Positions 47,010 through 56,200 of a DNA stretch of 64,000 nucleotides are shown one piece after another. The DNA comes from Thermoanaerobaculia bacterium. GTDB taxonomy: Bacteria > Acidobacteriota > Thermoanaerobaculia > Gp7-AA8. The stretch's first letter is position 1; every line of letters begins with the position of its first letter. Below the pieces are notes generated by a model. It saw only the letters and a list, made by a program, of their open reading frames with translations. It made no database searches and was not told where the DNA came from. Where the stretch lies: contig DASPNA010000062.1 of the NCBI GenBank assembly GCA_035626775.1, positions 3,480 through 67,479 on the forward strand, written 5' to 3'. A program made the translations under genes and the position numbers.

Positions 47010-48569
47010 ATGAAAACTCGCCCGTTGATCGCGGCAGCGATCGCTACCACGCTCGCCCTCGCCGGATGCGGCGGCGGTGAGAGGAAAGACGGAGGCGGTG
47101 GCGGGGGAAGCGCGGACGCGAACCGTCTCATCATCGGTCTCAAGAGCAGCCCCACCAACCTCGATCCGCGCGTCGGCAACGACAACGCCTCGGGACGCAT
47201 TCAGGATCTCTGCTGCGCCGGCCTCATCCGAGTCACGCCCGAGTTCGACTACGCACCCGACATCGCCGCGAGCTGGGAGACGCCAGACGACAAGACCATC
47301 ATCTTCAAGCTCAATCCGAACGCGAAGTTCCAGAATGGGCAACCCGTCACCGCGCAGGACGTGAAGTGGACGTACGACTCGGTGATGAACTCGCCGCTGG
47401 TGACGACGAAGAAATCCGGCTACTCCGCCGTCGCAGCGATCGAGGCACCGGACGCACAGACCGTCATCTTCCGTCTCAAGGAACCGAACGGCGGTCTGTT
47501 CGACAACCTGAACATGGGCATCGTCCCGCAGGGCACCGACACGAACGTCGCAAAGTCGAAACCGATCGGCGCCGGTGCGTACAAGGTCGTGGAGTTCAAG
47601 ACCGATGAGCGCGTCGAGCTCGAAGCGTTCGACCAATACCATGGCGGCGCGCCGAAGATCAAACGCGCTACGGTCCGTATCATCCCCGACAGCACGACGC
47701 TGGTGCTCGAGTTGCGACGCGGCACGATCAATCTCGCCATCAATCAGATCCCGTTCGAGAACGTCGGCGAGTTCGAAAAGAGCGACAAGCAGCAGGTCAT
47801 CAAGAAGCCCGGCTCGGTGTGGCAGTACCTCGCCTTCAATCTGAAAGATCCCATCCTCTCGAAGGTGGAAGTGCGGCGCGCGATCGCGCACGGCATCGAT
47901 CGCGAGAAGATCACCCGCGACCTGTTGCGCGGGCACGGCGTGCCCACCGACAGCATGTTCGGGCAGGGTCACTGGGCGCGCGCAAACAACCTGCCGACGT
48001 ATGCCTACGATCCGGCGCGCGCGAAGCAGCTCCTCGACGCGGCCGGATACAAGGATCCGGACGGCGACGGGCCGCAGCCGCGTTTCACGCTGTCGTTCAA
48101 GACGTCGACGGACACGGAAGCGAATCTGCGCGCGCAGATGATCCAGCAGATGCTGCAACAGGTCGGCATCAAGGTCGAAGTTCAGACCAGCGAGTTCGGG
48201 ACGTTCTTCGAGGACATCGGCAAAGGGAACTTCCAGATGTATTCGCTGAGCCGCAACGGCATCGGCGATCCCGACTTTTTCTACATCATCTTCTTCTCGA
48301 AGAACATACCGCCCGAGGGACAGAATCGCGGGTATTACGCGAACCCGCGCGTCGATCAATTGATCACAGAGGGACGTGCGACGTTCGACCGGGCGAAGCG
48401 CAAGCAGATCTACGGTGAGATCCAACGCATCGTGCAGGAGGACCTGCCGTACATTTCGCTCTACCACCAGATCAATGTCGCGGTGATGGATAAAGGCCTG
48501 CAGGGCTACACGATGTATCCGGCCGGCTTCTGGCTGGGCATCCCGCAGATGAGCTGGCAGCAGCAGTGA
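47010..48569 (+). CDS. ABC transporter substrate-binding lipoprotein, family 5 (peptide/nickel type)
   Basis: Lipobox LALAGCGG. SBP_bac_5 features (LIIGLKSSPTNLDPR, YHQINVAVMDKGLQGY); 519 aa. Confidence 0.85.
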   Translation: MKTRPLIAAAIATTLALAGCGGGERKDGGGGGGSADANRLIIGLKSSPTNLDPRVGNDNASGRIQDLCCAGLIRVTPEFDYAPDIAASWETPDDKTIIFKLNPNAKFQNGQPVTAQDVKWTYDSVMNSPLVTTKKSGYSAVAAIEAPDAQTVIFRLKEPNGGLFDNLNMGIVPQGTDTNVAKSKPIGAGAYKVVEFKTDERVELEAFDQYHGGAPKIKRATVRIIPDSTTLVLELRRGTINLAINQIPFENVGEFEKSDKQQVIKKPGSVWQYLAFNLKDPILSKVEVRRAIAHGIDREKITRDLLRGHGVPTDSMFGQGHWARANNLPTYAYDPARAKQLLDAAGYKDPDGDGPQPRFTLSFKTSTDTEANLRAQMIQQMLQQVGIKVEVQTSEFGTFFEDIGKGNFQMYSLSRNGIGDPDFFYIIFFSKNIPPEGQNRGYYANPRVDQLITEGRATFDRAKRKQIYGEIQRIVQEDLPYISLYHQINVAVMDKGLQGYTMYPAGFWLGIPQMSWQQQ

Positions 48570-49249
48570 TCATCGACTTCTCTGCGGCCATCCTCCGGCT
48601 GGCATTGGCTCTCGCGTTCGGCGCGTTCATCGGCGTCGAACGCGAGCTCCGGCAGAAGCACGCCGGTCTCAAGACGATGGCCCTGGTCGCCCTCGGCGCC
48701 GCGGCCTTCGCGATGATGTCCGACACGTTCGGCACCGACAATCACAATCCCGGACAGATCGCGGCGGCGGTCGTCGGCGGCATCGGCTTCATCGGCGCGG
48801 GGGTGATCATGCATCGCGGTGCGACGGTGCAGGGCGTGACCACCGCCGCGACGTTGTGGGCCTCCGCCAGCGTCGGCGTTGCGCTCGGCCTTGGCCAATA
48901 CGCGCTAGCAGTCGCGCTCACTGCCGGCATCCTGATCGTGCAATTCGTGATGCGGCCGTTCGAAACGAAGATTCTCTATTCGTGGCGCCGCGCCGCGCCG
49001 GGGCGCTTCGAATTGCGCATCGACTGCGACGGCGAAGCGTTGCCCGCGCTGAACACCGTGCTCGCGCGACACGTGGAGCTCGTGCCGCTGCGACGTTCCG
49101 TGCAGCGCGCGCCCGAACATCTGACACTCCGCGCGGTGATGCGCATGCAGACCGGCGTCGACCTGACGAAGATCGAGGAAGAATTGGTTGGCGTGACGGG
49201 AGTGCGGAAGGTGGAGATCCGCCACCTGGGAATCGACGAGATCGAGTGA
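48566..49249 (+). CDS. mgtC: MgtC/SapB family membrane protein
   Basis: GTG start overlapping upstream stop (GTGA). LRLALALAFGAFIGVERE...AGLKTMALVALGAAAFAM...GIGFIGAGVIM is the MgtC N-terminal signature. Confidence 0.8.
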   Translation: MIIDFSAAILRLALALAFGAFIGVERELRQKHAGLKTMALVALGAAAFAMMSDTFGTDNHNPGQIAAAVVGGIGFIGAGVIMHRGATVQGVTTAATLWASASVGVALGLGQYALAVALTAGILIVQFVMRPFETKILYSWRRAAPGRFELRIDCDGEALPALNTVLARHVELVPLRRSVQRAPEHLTLRAVMRMQTGVDLTKIEEELVGVTGVRKVEIRHLGIDEIE

Positions 49250-49305
49250 GCGACCCCTCATCCGCGCTTCGCGCACCTTCTCCCCTCGCGGAGGGGAGAA
49301 GGCTA
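49250..49305. repeat. REP-like element family 2 (inverted orientation) between convergent genes
   Basis: cgacccctcatccgcgcttcgcgcaccttctcccctcgcggaggggagaaggctaca. Confidence 0.6.
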
Positions 49306-49318
49306 CATTAGGGAGCAC

Positions 49319-50335
49319 TCAGTAATCGCCGCAGACCGTTTCCATCAACATCGCGCACACCTGATACGGATCCATGTTCGCGGCCGGACGGCGATCTTCG
49401 AAGTAGCCCTTGCCGGTGTTCGACGTCGCCATCGGGATGCGCACGGACGCGCCGCGATCGCTGATGCCCCAGCGGAACTGATGGATCGGCGCCGTCTCGT
49501 GCAGGCCGGTCAGGCGCTCTTCGTTGTGTGCGCCGTAAACCTTGATGTGCTCGTCGTGGCGCTTCTCGAGCTTGCGCATCGCTTCTTCGATGATCTTGAG
49601 ACCGCCCTCTTCGCGCATCGACTTCGTCGAGAAGTTCGTATGCGCGCCCGCGCCGTTCCAGTCGCCTTTGACCGGCTTCGGATAAAGCGTCGCGCTGATG
49701 CCGAAGTCTTCGCCGAGGCGGTACAGAAGCCAGCGAGCGAGCCAGAGCTCATCGGCGACGTCGAGCGGCCCAAGCGCACCGATCTGGAACTCCCACTGCG
49801 CCGGCATCACCTCGGCATTCGTGCCGTAGATGCTGATGCCCGCGCGCTGACACGCTTCGGCGTGCGCTTCGACGAGCTCGCGGCCGAACACTTCATCGCT
49901 GCCGACGCCGCAGTAGTAACCGCCCTGCGGCGCGGGGAACCCGTGATCGGGCCAGCCCAGCGGACGATTGCCTTCGAAGAGCGTGTACTCCTGCTCGATG
50001 CCGAACCACGCGTCGTGATCCTTGTACTTTTCGGCGATGACGCGCAGTTGCGCGCGTGTGTTGCTCCAATGCACGGAGCCGTCGGGATTGAGCACTTCGC
50101 AGAGCACGAGCACGTCGTTCTCGCGGTGCAATGGATCGGGCACGATCTTCACGGGCCGCAGCAGCAGGTCGCTGAAGTGACCGCTGGCCTGGCTGGTGCT
50201 CGAGCCGTCGAAACCCCACTCCGGGATGTCTTCGACTTTCTTCACGGGCGCGTCGAGAATCTTCGTTTTCGAGCGCAGTTTTGCCGTCGGTCTTTGTCCG
50301 TCGATCCAAATATATTCAGCGGTGATCTTCGCCAA
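49319..50335 (-). CDS. glnII: Glutamine synthetase type II
   Basis: 338 aa. MAKITAEYIWIDG N-terminus, FGIEQEYTLF, KPVKGDWNGAGAHTNFSTK, RIPMATSNTGKGYFEDRRPAANMDPY are typical of eukaryote-like GSII. Confidence 0.9.
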   Translation of the reverse strand: MAKITAEYIWIDGQRPTAKLRSKTKILDAPVKKVEDIPEWGFDGSSTSQASGHFSDLLLRPVKIVPDPLHRENDVLVLCEVLNPDGSVHWSNTRAQLRVIAEKYKDHDAWFGIEQEYTLFEGNRPLGWPDHGFPAPQGGYYCGVGSDEVFGRELVEAHAEACQRAGISIYGTNAEVMPAQWEFQIGALGPLDVADELWLARWLLYRLGEDFGISATLYPKPVKGDWNGAGAHTNFSTKSMREEGGLKIIEEAMRKLEKRHDEHIKVYGAHNEERLTGLHETAPIHQFRWGISDRGASVRIPMATSNTGKGYFEDRRPAANMDPYQVCAMLMETVCGDY

Positions 50336-50393
50336 GATGAGTTACCTCCAGAAGCGGCTTGAGTTGAAGAATCGAGAAGATAGCACGGTCGTG

Positions 50394-51548
50394 CTAAGGC
50401 TGTATCGAGGTTGTCGCGACCAACGATTCATCCCACACCACGACCTGATTTTTGCCCAGTGATTTCGCGCGATACATGGCCATATCGGCACGGCGCAAGA
50501 GCTCGCTGCGCTCGAGATCGAGCGGCACATCACGCTTCGGATCGGGCACGTGTCGCGCGACGCCGATCGACGCCGAGAGCACGCCGCGCAGGTGCAGCGG
50601 CGGCATGCTGAAGCCCCATTCCCGCTCGAGGAATGTCGTGCCCTCGATGGCCTTGCGGATGTCTTCGCAAACGCGCAAACCTTCTTCGATCGATGTGCCG
50701 GGAAGGATCATCACGAATTCGTCGCCGCCGTACCGCGCGACCGTCGCATCTCCGCGCTGCACGATGCGCTTGAGCAGGAAGCCGACCTCGCGCAGCACCT
50801 GGCTGCCCGCGAGATGTCCGTGGCAATCGTTCACGACCTTGAAGCGGTCGAGGTCCATGAACAACAGCACCGCTTCCTTCCCGCTCGTCCTTGCGTCAGT
50901 CAACGTTTCGCTGAGCCGCACGTGGAACCAGCGGTCGTTGTACAGCCCCGTGAGGTCGTCTTTCTTCGCCAGCTCGTGCGCGCGCTTCGCGTCAAGTGCG
51001 TTCTGCAACGTGAAAGACGTGTAGCCCGCGAAGATCTCCAGCAGCGTCATGTCGCGGCGCGTGAAGCTCTTCCCTTCGAGACGATTGATCAGCTCGAGCA
51101 CGCCGCAGACGTGCTTGCCGATGTAGATCGGCACGGCGACGACGGAATGCGTCTTGTGCCCGAGCGCTGTATCGATATTCGCGTAGAAGTATTGGTCCTT
51201 TTCCACGTCGGCGGAAAGGTACGGCGTGCCGGTCTGGTAGACGCGGCCGACGATGCCGTGCTGCGCGGGAAGACGGCGGCCGACGAGATCGCGCGCGGCA
51301 TCGCCGAACGTGGCGATGAACACGAGCTCGTTGTCCTTGCGCGAGGCGAGCTTGCGGAACGGATCGTCGAGCAGGATCGAGCCCGATTCCGAGGGCACGA
51401 ACTCGTATGCCTTCTGCAGGATCTGCCGCAGCACGAGATCGAGATCGACCTCGTTCTTGAGCGACAGCCCCGCTTTCTGCCGCTCGAGGAAGCGCTCCAG
51501 CTGCGGGGTTTCCAGCGAATGGAAGTGGATCATCGGCTCGACGGTCAT
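50394..51548 (-). CDS. GAF-domain diguanylate cyclase (GGDEF)
   Basis: N-terminal GAF-like region. GGDEF domain with RYGGDEFVMIL and upstream LTGLYNDRWF. Confidence 0.85.
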   Translation of the reverse strand: MTVEPMIHFHSLETPQLERFLERQKAGLSLKNEVDLDLVLRQILQKAYEFVPSESGSILLDDPFRKLASRKDNELVFIATFGDAARDLVGRRLPAQHGIVGRVYQTGTPYLSADVEKDQYFYANIDTALGHKTHSVVAVPIYIGKHVCGVLELINRLEGKSFTRRDMTLLEIFAGYTSFTLQNALDAKRAHELAKKDDLTGLYNDRWFHVRLSETLTDARTSGKEAVLLFMDLDRFKVVNDCHGHLAGSQVLREVGFLLKRIVQRGDATVARYGGDEFVMILPGTSIEEGLRVCEDIRKAIEGTTFLEREWGFSMPPLHLRGVLSASIGVARHVPDPKRDVPLDLERSELLRRADMAMYRAKSLGKNQVVVWDESLVATTSIQP

Positions 51549-51552
51549 TTGA

Positions 51553-51906
51553 TTATAGGACCACCGGCTCGTGCTCGGCGCGGACGGCTTCCTGCTCGAA
51601 CGAGATCAGGTCGTACGCCTTGCTGATCGACCGCACGCGCGCGAAGTGCAGTCCGAACTCGTACATGTAGCGCCAGTAGAAACGAAGAAGGCCGAGGCGG
51701 TTGATCTGACGGACGTGTGCGAGCTCGTGGCGGAGGAGGCGCGCGGCCGAGGCAGGCGCGGCTTTCGCGCTGAGGTAGATGCGCCGGCCGAGGGTAATGC
51801 CGACGACGTCGCGCATCAGCAAGGTACGCAGCCACCACGGATAGCCGACCCGCACTTTCGCGTGTGCGTCGGCGACGGCGTCGGCAACGTCGCGCGGCAA
51901 GTTCAT
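51553..51906 (-). CDS. Small DUF4157-like zincin-motif protein (117 aa)
   Basis: C-terminal part of ORF 51553..52599 from MNLPRD. AARLLRHELAHVRQINR (HExxHxxQ) resembles the DUF4157 metallopeptidase-like motif. The rest of the long ORF is shadow of the MBL gene. Confidence 0.45.
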   Translation of the reverse strand: MNLPRDVADAVADAHAKVRVGYPWWLRTLLMRDVVGITLGRRIYLSAKAAPASAARLLRHELAHVRQINRLGLLRFYWRYMYEFGLHFARVRSISKAYDLISFEQEAVRAEHEPVVL

Positions 51907-51918
51907 ATAATCGCCGCC

Positions 51919-52812
51919 ATGCGCACACTGTACCGCTCTCTCGCAGCCACCGTCATGCTCGCGCTGAGCACCTCCGTTTTCGCACAGCGCGACTTCAGCC
52001 AGGTCGAAGTGAAAGCGACGAAAGTCGCCGGCAGCGTGTACATGATCACGGGCGCCGGCGGGAACATCGGCGTGTCGGTCGGCGACGATGGCATCGTGCT
52101 GGTCGACGATCAGTACGCACCGCTCGTGCCGAAGATCGAAGCGGCGCTGAAGGCGATCTCGACGAAGCCGCTGCGCTTCATCATCAACACGCATTACCAC
52201 CCCGATCACACCGGCGGGAACGAGCAACTCGGCAAGTCCGCGCCGATCGTCGCGCAGGAGAACGTACGCAAGCGTCTGAAGGAAGGGACGATGACGATGT
52301 TCGGGCCGATGGCGGCGCAGCCGAAAGGGGCGCTGCCGGTGGTCACGTTCAACGACGCACTCACCATTCATCTCAACGGCGAGGACGTGCGGGCGGTGCA
52401 CTATCCGAATGCGCACACCGACGGCGACTCGGTGATCTGGTTCACGCAGTCGAACGTCGTGCACATGGGCGACAATTTTTTCAACGGGATGTTCCCGGTC
52501 ATCGACATCGACAACGGCGGCGGCGTGCGCGGCATGGCTCGCACGGCGCTCAAAGTCGCGTCGATGATCCCCGCCGACACGAAAGTCATCCCCGGCCACG
52601 GCCCCCTCGGCGACCGCGACTCGCTCCGCAAATTCAGCGAGATGCTGACCGGGACTGCCGATGCGGTTCAGGCGGGCATCACGGCCGGCAAGACGGTGGA
52701 GCAGCTCAAGACCGAGAAGGTGCTCGCGGCCTGGGAAGATCCGTGGGGCAAAGGCTTCATCAAGACCGATCAGTTCGTGGAGCTGCTGTACAAAGATCTG
52801 TCGCGGAAGTGA
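51919..52812 (+). CDS. Secreted metallo-beta-lactamase-fold hydrolase
   Basis: Internal Met of ORF 51571..52812 with signal peptide MRTLYRSLAATVMLALSTSVFAQ. HYHPDHTGG (HxHxDH) motif and downstream H and D ligands. Confidence 0.8.
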   Translation: MRTLYRSLAATVMLALSTSVFAQRDFSQVEVKATKVAGSVYMITGAGGNIGVSVGDDGIVLVDDQYAPLVPKIEAALKAISTKPLRFIINTHYHPDHTGGNEQLGKSAPIVAQENVRKRLKEGTMTMFGPMAAQPKGALPVVTFNDALTIHLNGEDVRAVHYPNAHTDGDSVIWFTQSNVVHMGDNFFNGMFPVIDIDNGGGVRGMARTALKVASMIPADTKVIPGHGPLGDRDSLRKFSEMLTGTADAVQAGITAGKTVEQLKTEKVLAAWEDPWGKGFIKTDQFVELLYKDLSRK

Positions 52813-53274
52813 TCACGATTTCCGTTTGAGCGACAGCGTCAGCTCGAAGCGCGCCACCGGCTCGTCGCCGAGCTTCGACGGCACGGTGGCGATGACCGGC
52901 ACGGTCGCTTCCTGCCGCTCGCCCGTTTCGATGGCGCGGCGCAGCATCTCCTGAATCATCGGGCCCTGCGTATTCGTGAAGTGCACATCGCCTTCCGCGC
53001 GCTTGAGGAACTCCGCTTTCATGTCCTTGAAGACGAAGTTCGCGCGCAGCTTGCGCTCGTTCACGAGCTTGAATGCGATGAGGCCCGCGGCGACGTCGGC
53101 GCCCATGCACAGCGTGCCGAGGTACATCGCGTGAATGTCGCGGCGGCGTGTGCGCCAGTTGAGGGGCACGCGGACGACGCAGCGCTCGTCGGTGAGCTCG
53201 ACGATCTTCGGCGATGCGAGCCAGAGAAAGAAGACGTTCTGCAACGCCCAGAGGCGAACCATCGCGGTAGTCAT
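52813..53274 (-). CDS. Hotdog-fold thioesterase-like protein (DUF4442-like)
   Basis: 153 aa. Not Arg-skewed. Weak similarity pattern to PaaI/DUF4442 hotdog proteins. Confidence 0.5.
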   Translation of the reverse strand: MTTAMVRLWALQNVFFLWLASPKIVELTDERCVVRVPLNWRTRRRDIHAMYLGTLCMGADVAAGLIAFKLVNERKLRANFVFKDMKAEFLKRAEGDVHFTNTQGPMIQEMLRRAIETGERQEATVPVIATVPSKLGDEPVARFELTLSLKRKS

Positions 53275-53290
53275 GATGGCGGAGTCTACT

Positions 53291-54061
53291 TTACGAGGTC
53301 TTGCGGCGCGCGTATGGAACCATCATCCGCTCGTACAGCGCGTCGGGGAGCAACCGGGTGACGCGCATGAGTAGCGACATGCGGCGCGGGAACTCGACGA
53401 CGCGGGCGCCGCGCTCGATGCCGTCCGCGATGATGCGCGCCGCGCGCGGAGCGTCCATGAGGAAGGGCATGTGGAAGCGATTCTTCGCCGTCATCTCGGT
53501 GACGACAAAGCCCGGGTTCACGATCGTGACCCCGACGTCGTACGGCACAAGCTCGATGCGCGCCGCCTCGAGAAATGCCTGCACGGCAGCTTTGCTCGCC
53601 GAATACGGACCGGAGGTCGGCAAACCGCGCAGACCGGCGACGGATGCGATGCCGACGAAGCGCCCGTTCCGCCGCTCGATCATGCCGGGAATGACGGCGT
53701 CGTAGAGGTACATGACGCCGAGCACGTTGACGCGGATGACCTGCTCGGCGTCGGCTAAGTTGAACTTCGACGCATGGTTCGGAATGCTGACGCCTGCATT
53801 CGCGATCGCGACATCGAACCCGCCGCCCAACTCCTGCTCGCCGCGCTGCACAGCGTTTCGAACGGCCGCGGCGTCGAGGACGTCGCACCCCATCGCCACC
53901 GCCCGACCACCCTTCTCGGCGATCTCCCGCGAGAGCGCATCAAGCAATTCAGACCGCCGCGCGAGCAACGCGAGATCGTACCCGCGCCGCGCGAGCTCGC
54001 GCGCGAGCTCGAAGCCGATGCCACTCGAAGCGCCGGTGAGGATCGCGCGTTTGGGGGTCAT
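53291..54061 (-). CDS. Short-chain dehydrogenase/reductase (SDR) family oxidoreductase
   Basis: ILTGASSGIGFELARELARRG (TGxxxGIG), NAG motif (IANAGVS), catalytic YSASKAA. Confidence 0.9.
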   Translation of the reverse strand: MTPKRAILTGASSGIGFELARELARRGYDLALLARRSELLDALSREIAEKGGRAVAMGCDVLDAAAVRNAVQRGEQELGGGFDVAIANAGVSIPNHASKFNLADAEQVIRVNVLGVMYLYDAVIPGMIERRNGRFVGIASVAGLRGLPTSGPYSASKAAVQAFLEAARIELVPYDVGVTIVNPGFVVTEMTAKNRFHMPFLMDAPRAARIIADGIERGARVVEFPRRMSLLMRVTRLLPDALYERMMVPYARRKTS

Positions 54062-54388
54062 GCGCGGAGGATGTTAGCAAGGTGTTGGGGCGGTCAACTG
54101 GTCGAGGAGGATCAGTCGAAACGCATCGAGGCGCGCCGCCGCGTCACAATTGACATCCGCGAACGTGGCAAGGCGATGGCGACCGCCACGCGTTCGCGAC
54201 GATTCACCAGTGCTTCGACATCCATGAGATCGCGCAATTCCGCACGCTCCAGCGGCGCGCAGAGTGTCTCCGCGAGAATCGCACGCGGGGCGCTCCCGCG
54301 AAGACAGGAGTGCCGCCCATGAGATCGGGCGAAGACCTCACGACCGCGCTTTTCATCACATTCAGCTTGCCAATTTCCCATGCGGTGG

Positions 54389-56200
54389 TTATTGCAACTT
54401 CGGCAGTTTCACGCGATCCTCGAACACTTTCGCGAAGAGATCCCCCACCTTCGCCAGCCGCTCCGGCATCGTGCGGATGTTGAATTTCTTGGGATCGAGT
54501 TTCTTCGTGATCTCGCTCCATTGCAGCGGCGCGGAGACCGGGGCGCCGTCGATGGCGCGGGGTGAATACGGCGCGACGACGGTCTTGCCGTAGCCATTCT
54601 GCATGCAGTCGAGATAGAGCCGTCCGCGACGGCCGGCCAGGCTGCGCTCGACGGTCATGCCCGGAACTTTCGCCGAGACCGCGGCGGCGATTGAGCATGC
54701 GAACTCCGCGACCTCTTCATGCGAGTAGCCCGCTTGCAGCGGAATGAGGATGTGGATGCCGCGCTTGCCGGACGTCTTCGGCACGCTCGGCAGTTCGAGG
54801 TTGTCGAGCAGGCGTCGCATCACACCCGCGGCTTCGATGGCCTGTTCGATTCCTTTGCCTTTGGCGGGATCGAGATCGAACAGGATCCAGTCCGGCTCCT
54901 CGAGACTCGCGCCGCGCGACGACCACATGTGCACCGTCAGCACCGACATCTGCGCGAGCCAGCGCAGCGCGTCCACGCTGTCGACGACCAGATGCTTGAC
55001 CGTGCTGCGCTTCACCGTGCGCGTCGGCGTCTCGATGACCGACAACCAATCCGGCGCTTCCTTGCCGAGGTGCTGATGGAACCATGAGGGCTTGTCGATG
55101 CCCTGGTTCCAATGTTCGAGCGCGAGCGGCCGGTCCTCGAGCGCGCGCAGCATCGGCTCGGCCACGGCCTCGTAGTACGCCGCCAGCTCCGCTTTCGTGA
55201 TCTTGTCGCGCGGATAGAGCAGCCGGTCGGGATTCGACAACTTCACCCGTCCCGCCGCCGGCGCTTTCTCCGGCGTCTCGCGCACGACGTCCTTTGCGGT
55301 CGCGCTCTTGTCGTCGCGCAGGCCGAGGAAGGAAGGATGGCGCAGGCGATTGTCGGAGGTCCATTCGGTGAATGAGACTTGCGCGACGAGCCGCGGCTTC
55401 ACCCAATGCGCGGTCTTCACGCGCGGCGCGTCTTTGACGAGCGACTTCGGCACTTCGTCCTTGGCCAGTTCCGCGCGCAGCGTTCCGCGCAGCTTCGCGG
55501 AGAAGCCGGTGCCGACCTTCCCCGCGTAGCGCAGATCCCCTGCGTCGTCGAAATACGCGAGGTGCAACGAGCCGATGTCGCGATCGCTCGCGGTGCTCGG
55601 CTGCCACCCAACGATCACCAGCTCCTGTTGATGAATGGCCTTCACCTTCAGCCATTCCTTGGAGCGCCGGTTCTCGTAGATCGAGCCGCGCCGTTTGGCG
55701 ATGATCCCTTCCCAACCCCCTTCGGCGGCGTGCGCGAGCGCTTCCTCGCCGGTCATGTCGAGGGTCTGGGCGATGAAGATGCCCGCGGGCGGTTTCAGTT
55801 TCTTGAGCAGCTTGCGGCGTTCCTCGTACGGCCGGCGCCGCAGGTCTTCGCCGTCGAGCCAGAGAATGTCGAACAGGATCATCCGCTCCTTGCCGCTTCC
55901 CTGTTGCAGCAGTTGAAAGCGAGGCGCACCTTTTTCGTCGAGCACCACGATCTCGCCGTCGACGACGATCTCTTTCGCCTTCAACTTCTGCAGCGTCGCG
56001 AACGTGCGCGGAAAGCGCGTGGAGAGATCGAGCTCATTGCGGCTGAGCATCGCGATGTCGCCGTCGACGATTGCGGTGACGGCGCGGAAGCCGTCGTATT
56101 TCAGCTCGTACCGCCAGTTCTTCTCATCGTCCGGCGGGCCGTCGGCGAGCGTGGCCAGCATCGGCGGAAAGAGCTTCTTCAGCAGTTGCTTCGGATTCAT
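54389..56200 (-). CDS. ligD: ATP-dependent DNA ligase LigD (ligase + polymerase/primase domains), NHEJ
   Basis: Motif I YELKYDGFRA near N-terminus. EGIIAKR motif. C-terminal LigD Pol-domain-like region (WSSRGASLEEPDWILFDLDP, VAPYSPRA). Confidence 0.9.
   Translation of the reverse strand: MNPKQLLKKLFPPMLATLADGPPDDEKNWRYELKYDGFRAVTAIVDGDIAMLSRNELDLSTRFPRTFATLQKLKAKEIVVDGEIVVLDEKGAPRFQLLQQGSGKERMILFDILWLDGEDLRRRPYEERRKLLKKLKPPAGIFIAQTLDMTGEEALAHAAEGGWEGIIAKRRGSIYENRRSKEWLKVKAIHQQELVIVGWQPSTASDRDIGSLHLAYFDDAGDLRYAGKVGTGFSAKLRGTLRAELAKDEVPKSLVKDAPRVKTAHWVKPRLVAQVSFTEWTSDNRLRHPSFLGLRDDKSATAKDVVRETPEKAPAAGRVKLSNPDRLLYPRDKITKAELAAYYEAVAEPMLRALEDRPLALEHWNQGIDKPSWFHQHLGKEAPDWLSVIETPTRTVKRSTVKHLVVDSVDALRWLAQMSVLTVHMWSSRGASLEEPDWILFDLDPAKGKGIEQAIEAAGVMRRLLDNLELPSVPKTSGKRGIHILIPLQAGYSHEEVAEFACSIAAAVSAKVPGMTVERSLAGRRGRLYLDCMQNGYGKTVVAPYSPRAIDGAPVSAPLQWSEITKKLDPKKFNIRTMPERLAKVGDLFAKVFEDRVKLPKLQ

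Noticed and set aside
51553-52599. 348-aa minus ORF overlapping the MBL-fold gene
   Set aside because: Only the last 117 codons (51553..51906) have a plausible protein sequence (DUF4157-like). The remainder is Arg/His-rich antisense of the well-supported MBL gene.
54062-54388. Small ORFs (54112..54381-, 54264..54593+) in the SDR/ligD intergenic region
   Set aside because: Arg-rich, with no RBS-like sequence or motifs. The region is more likely the ligD 3' UTR/terminator and SDR promoter.
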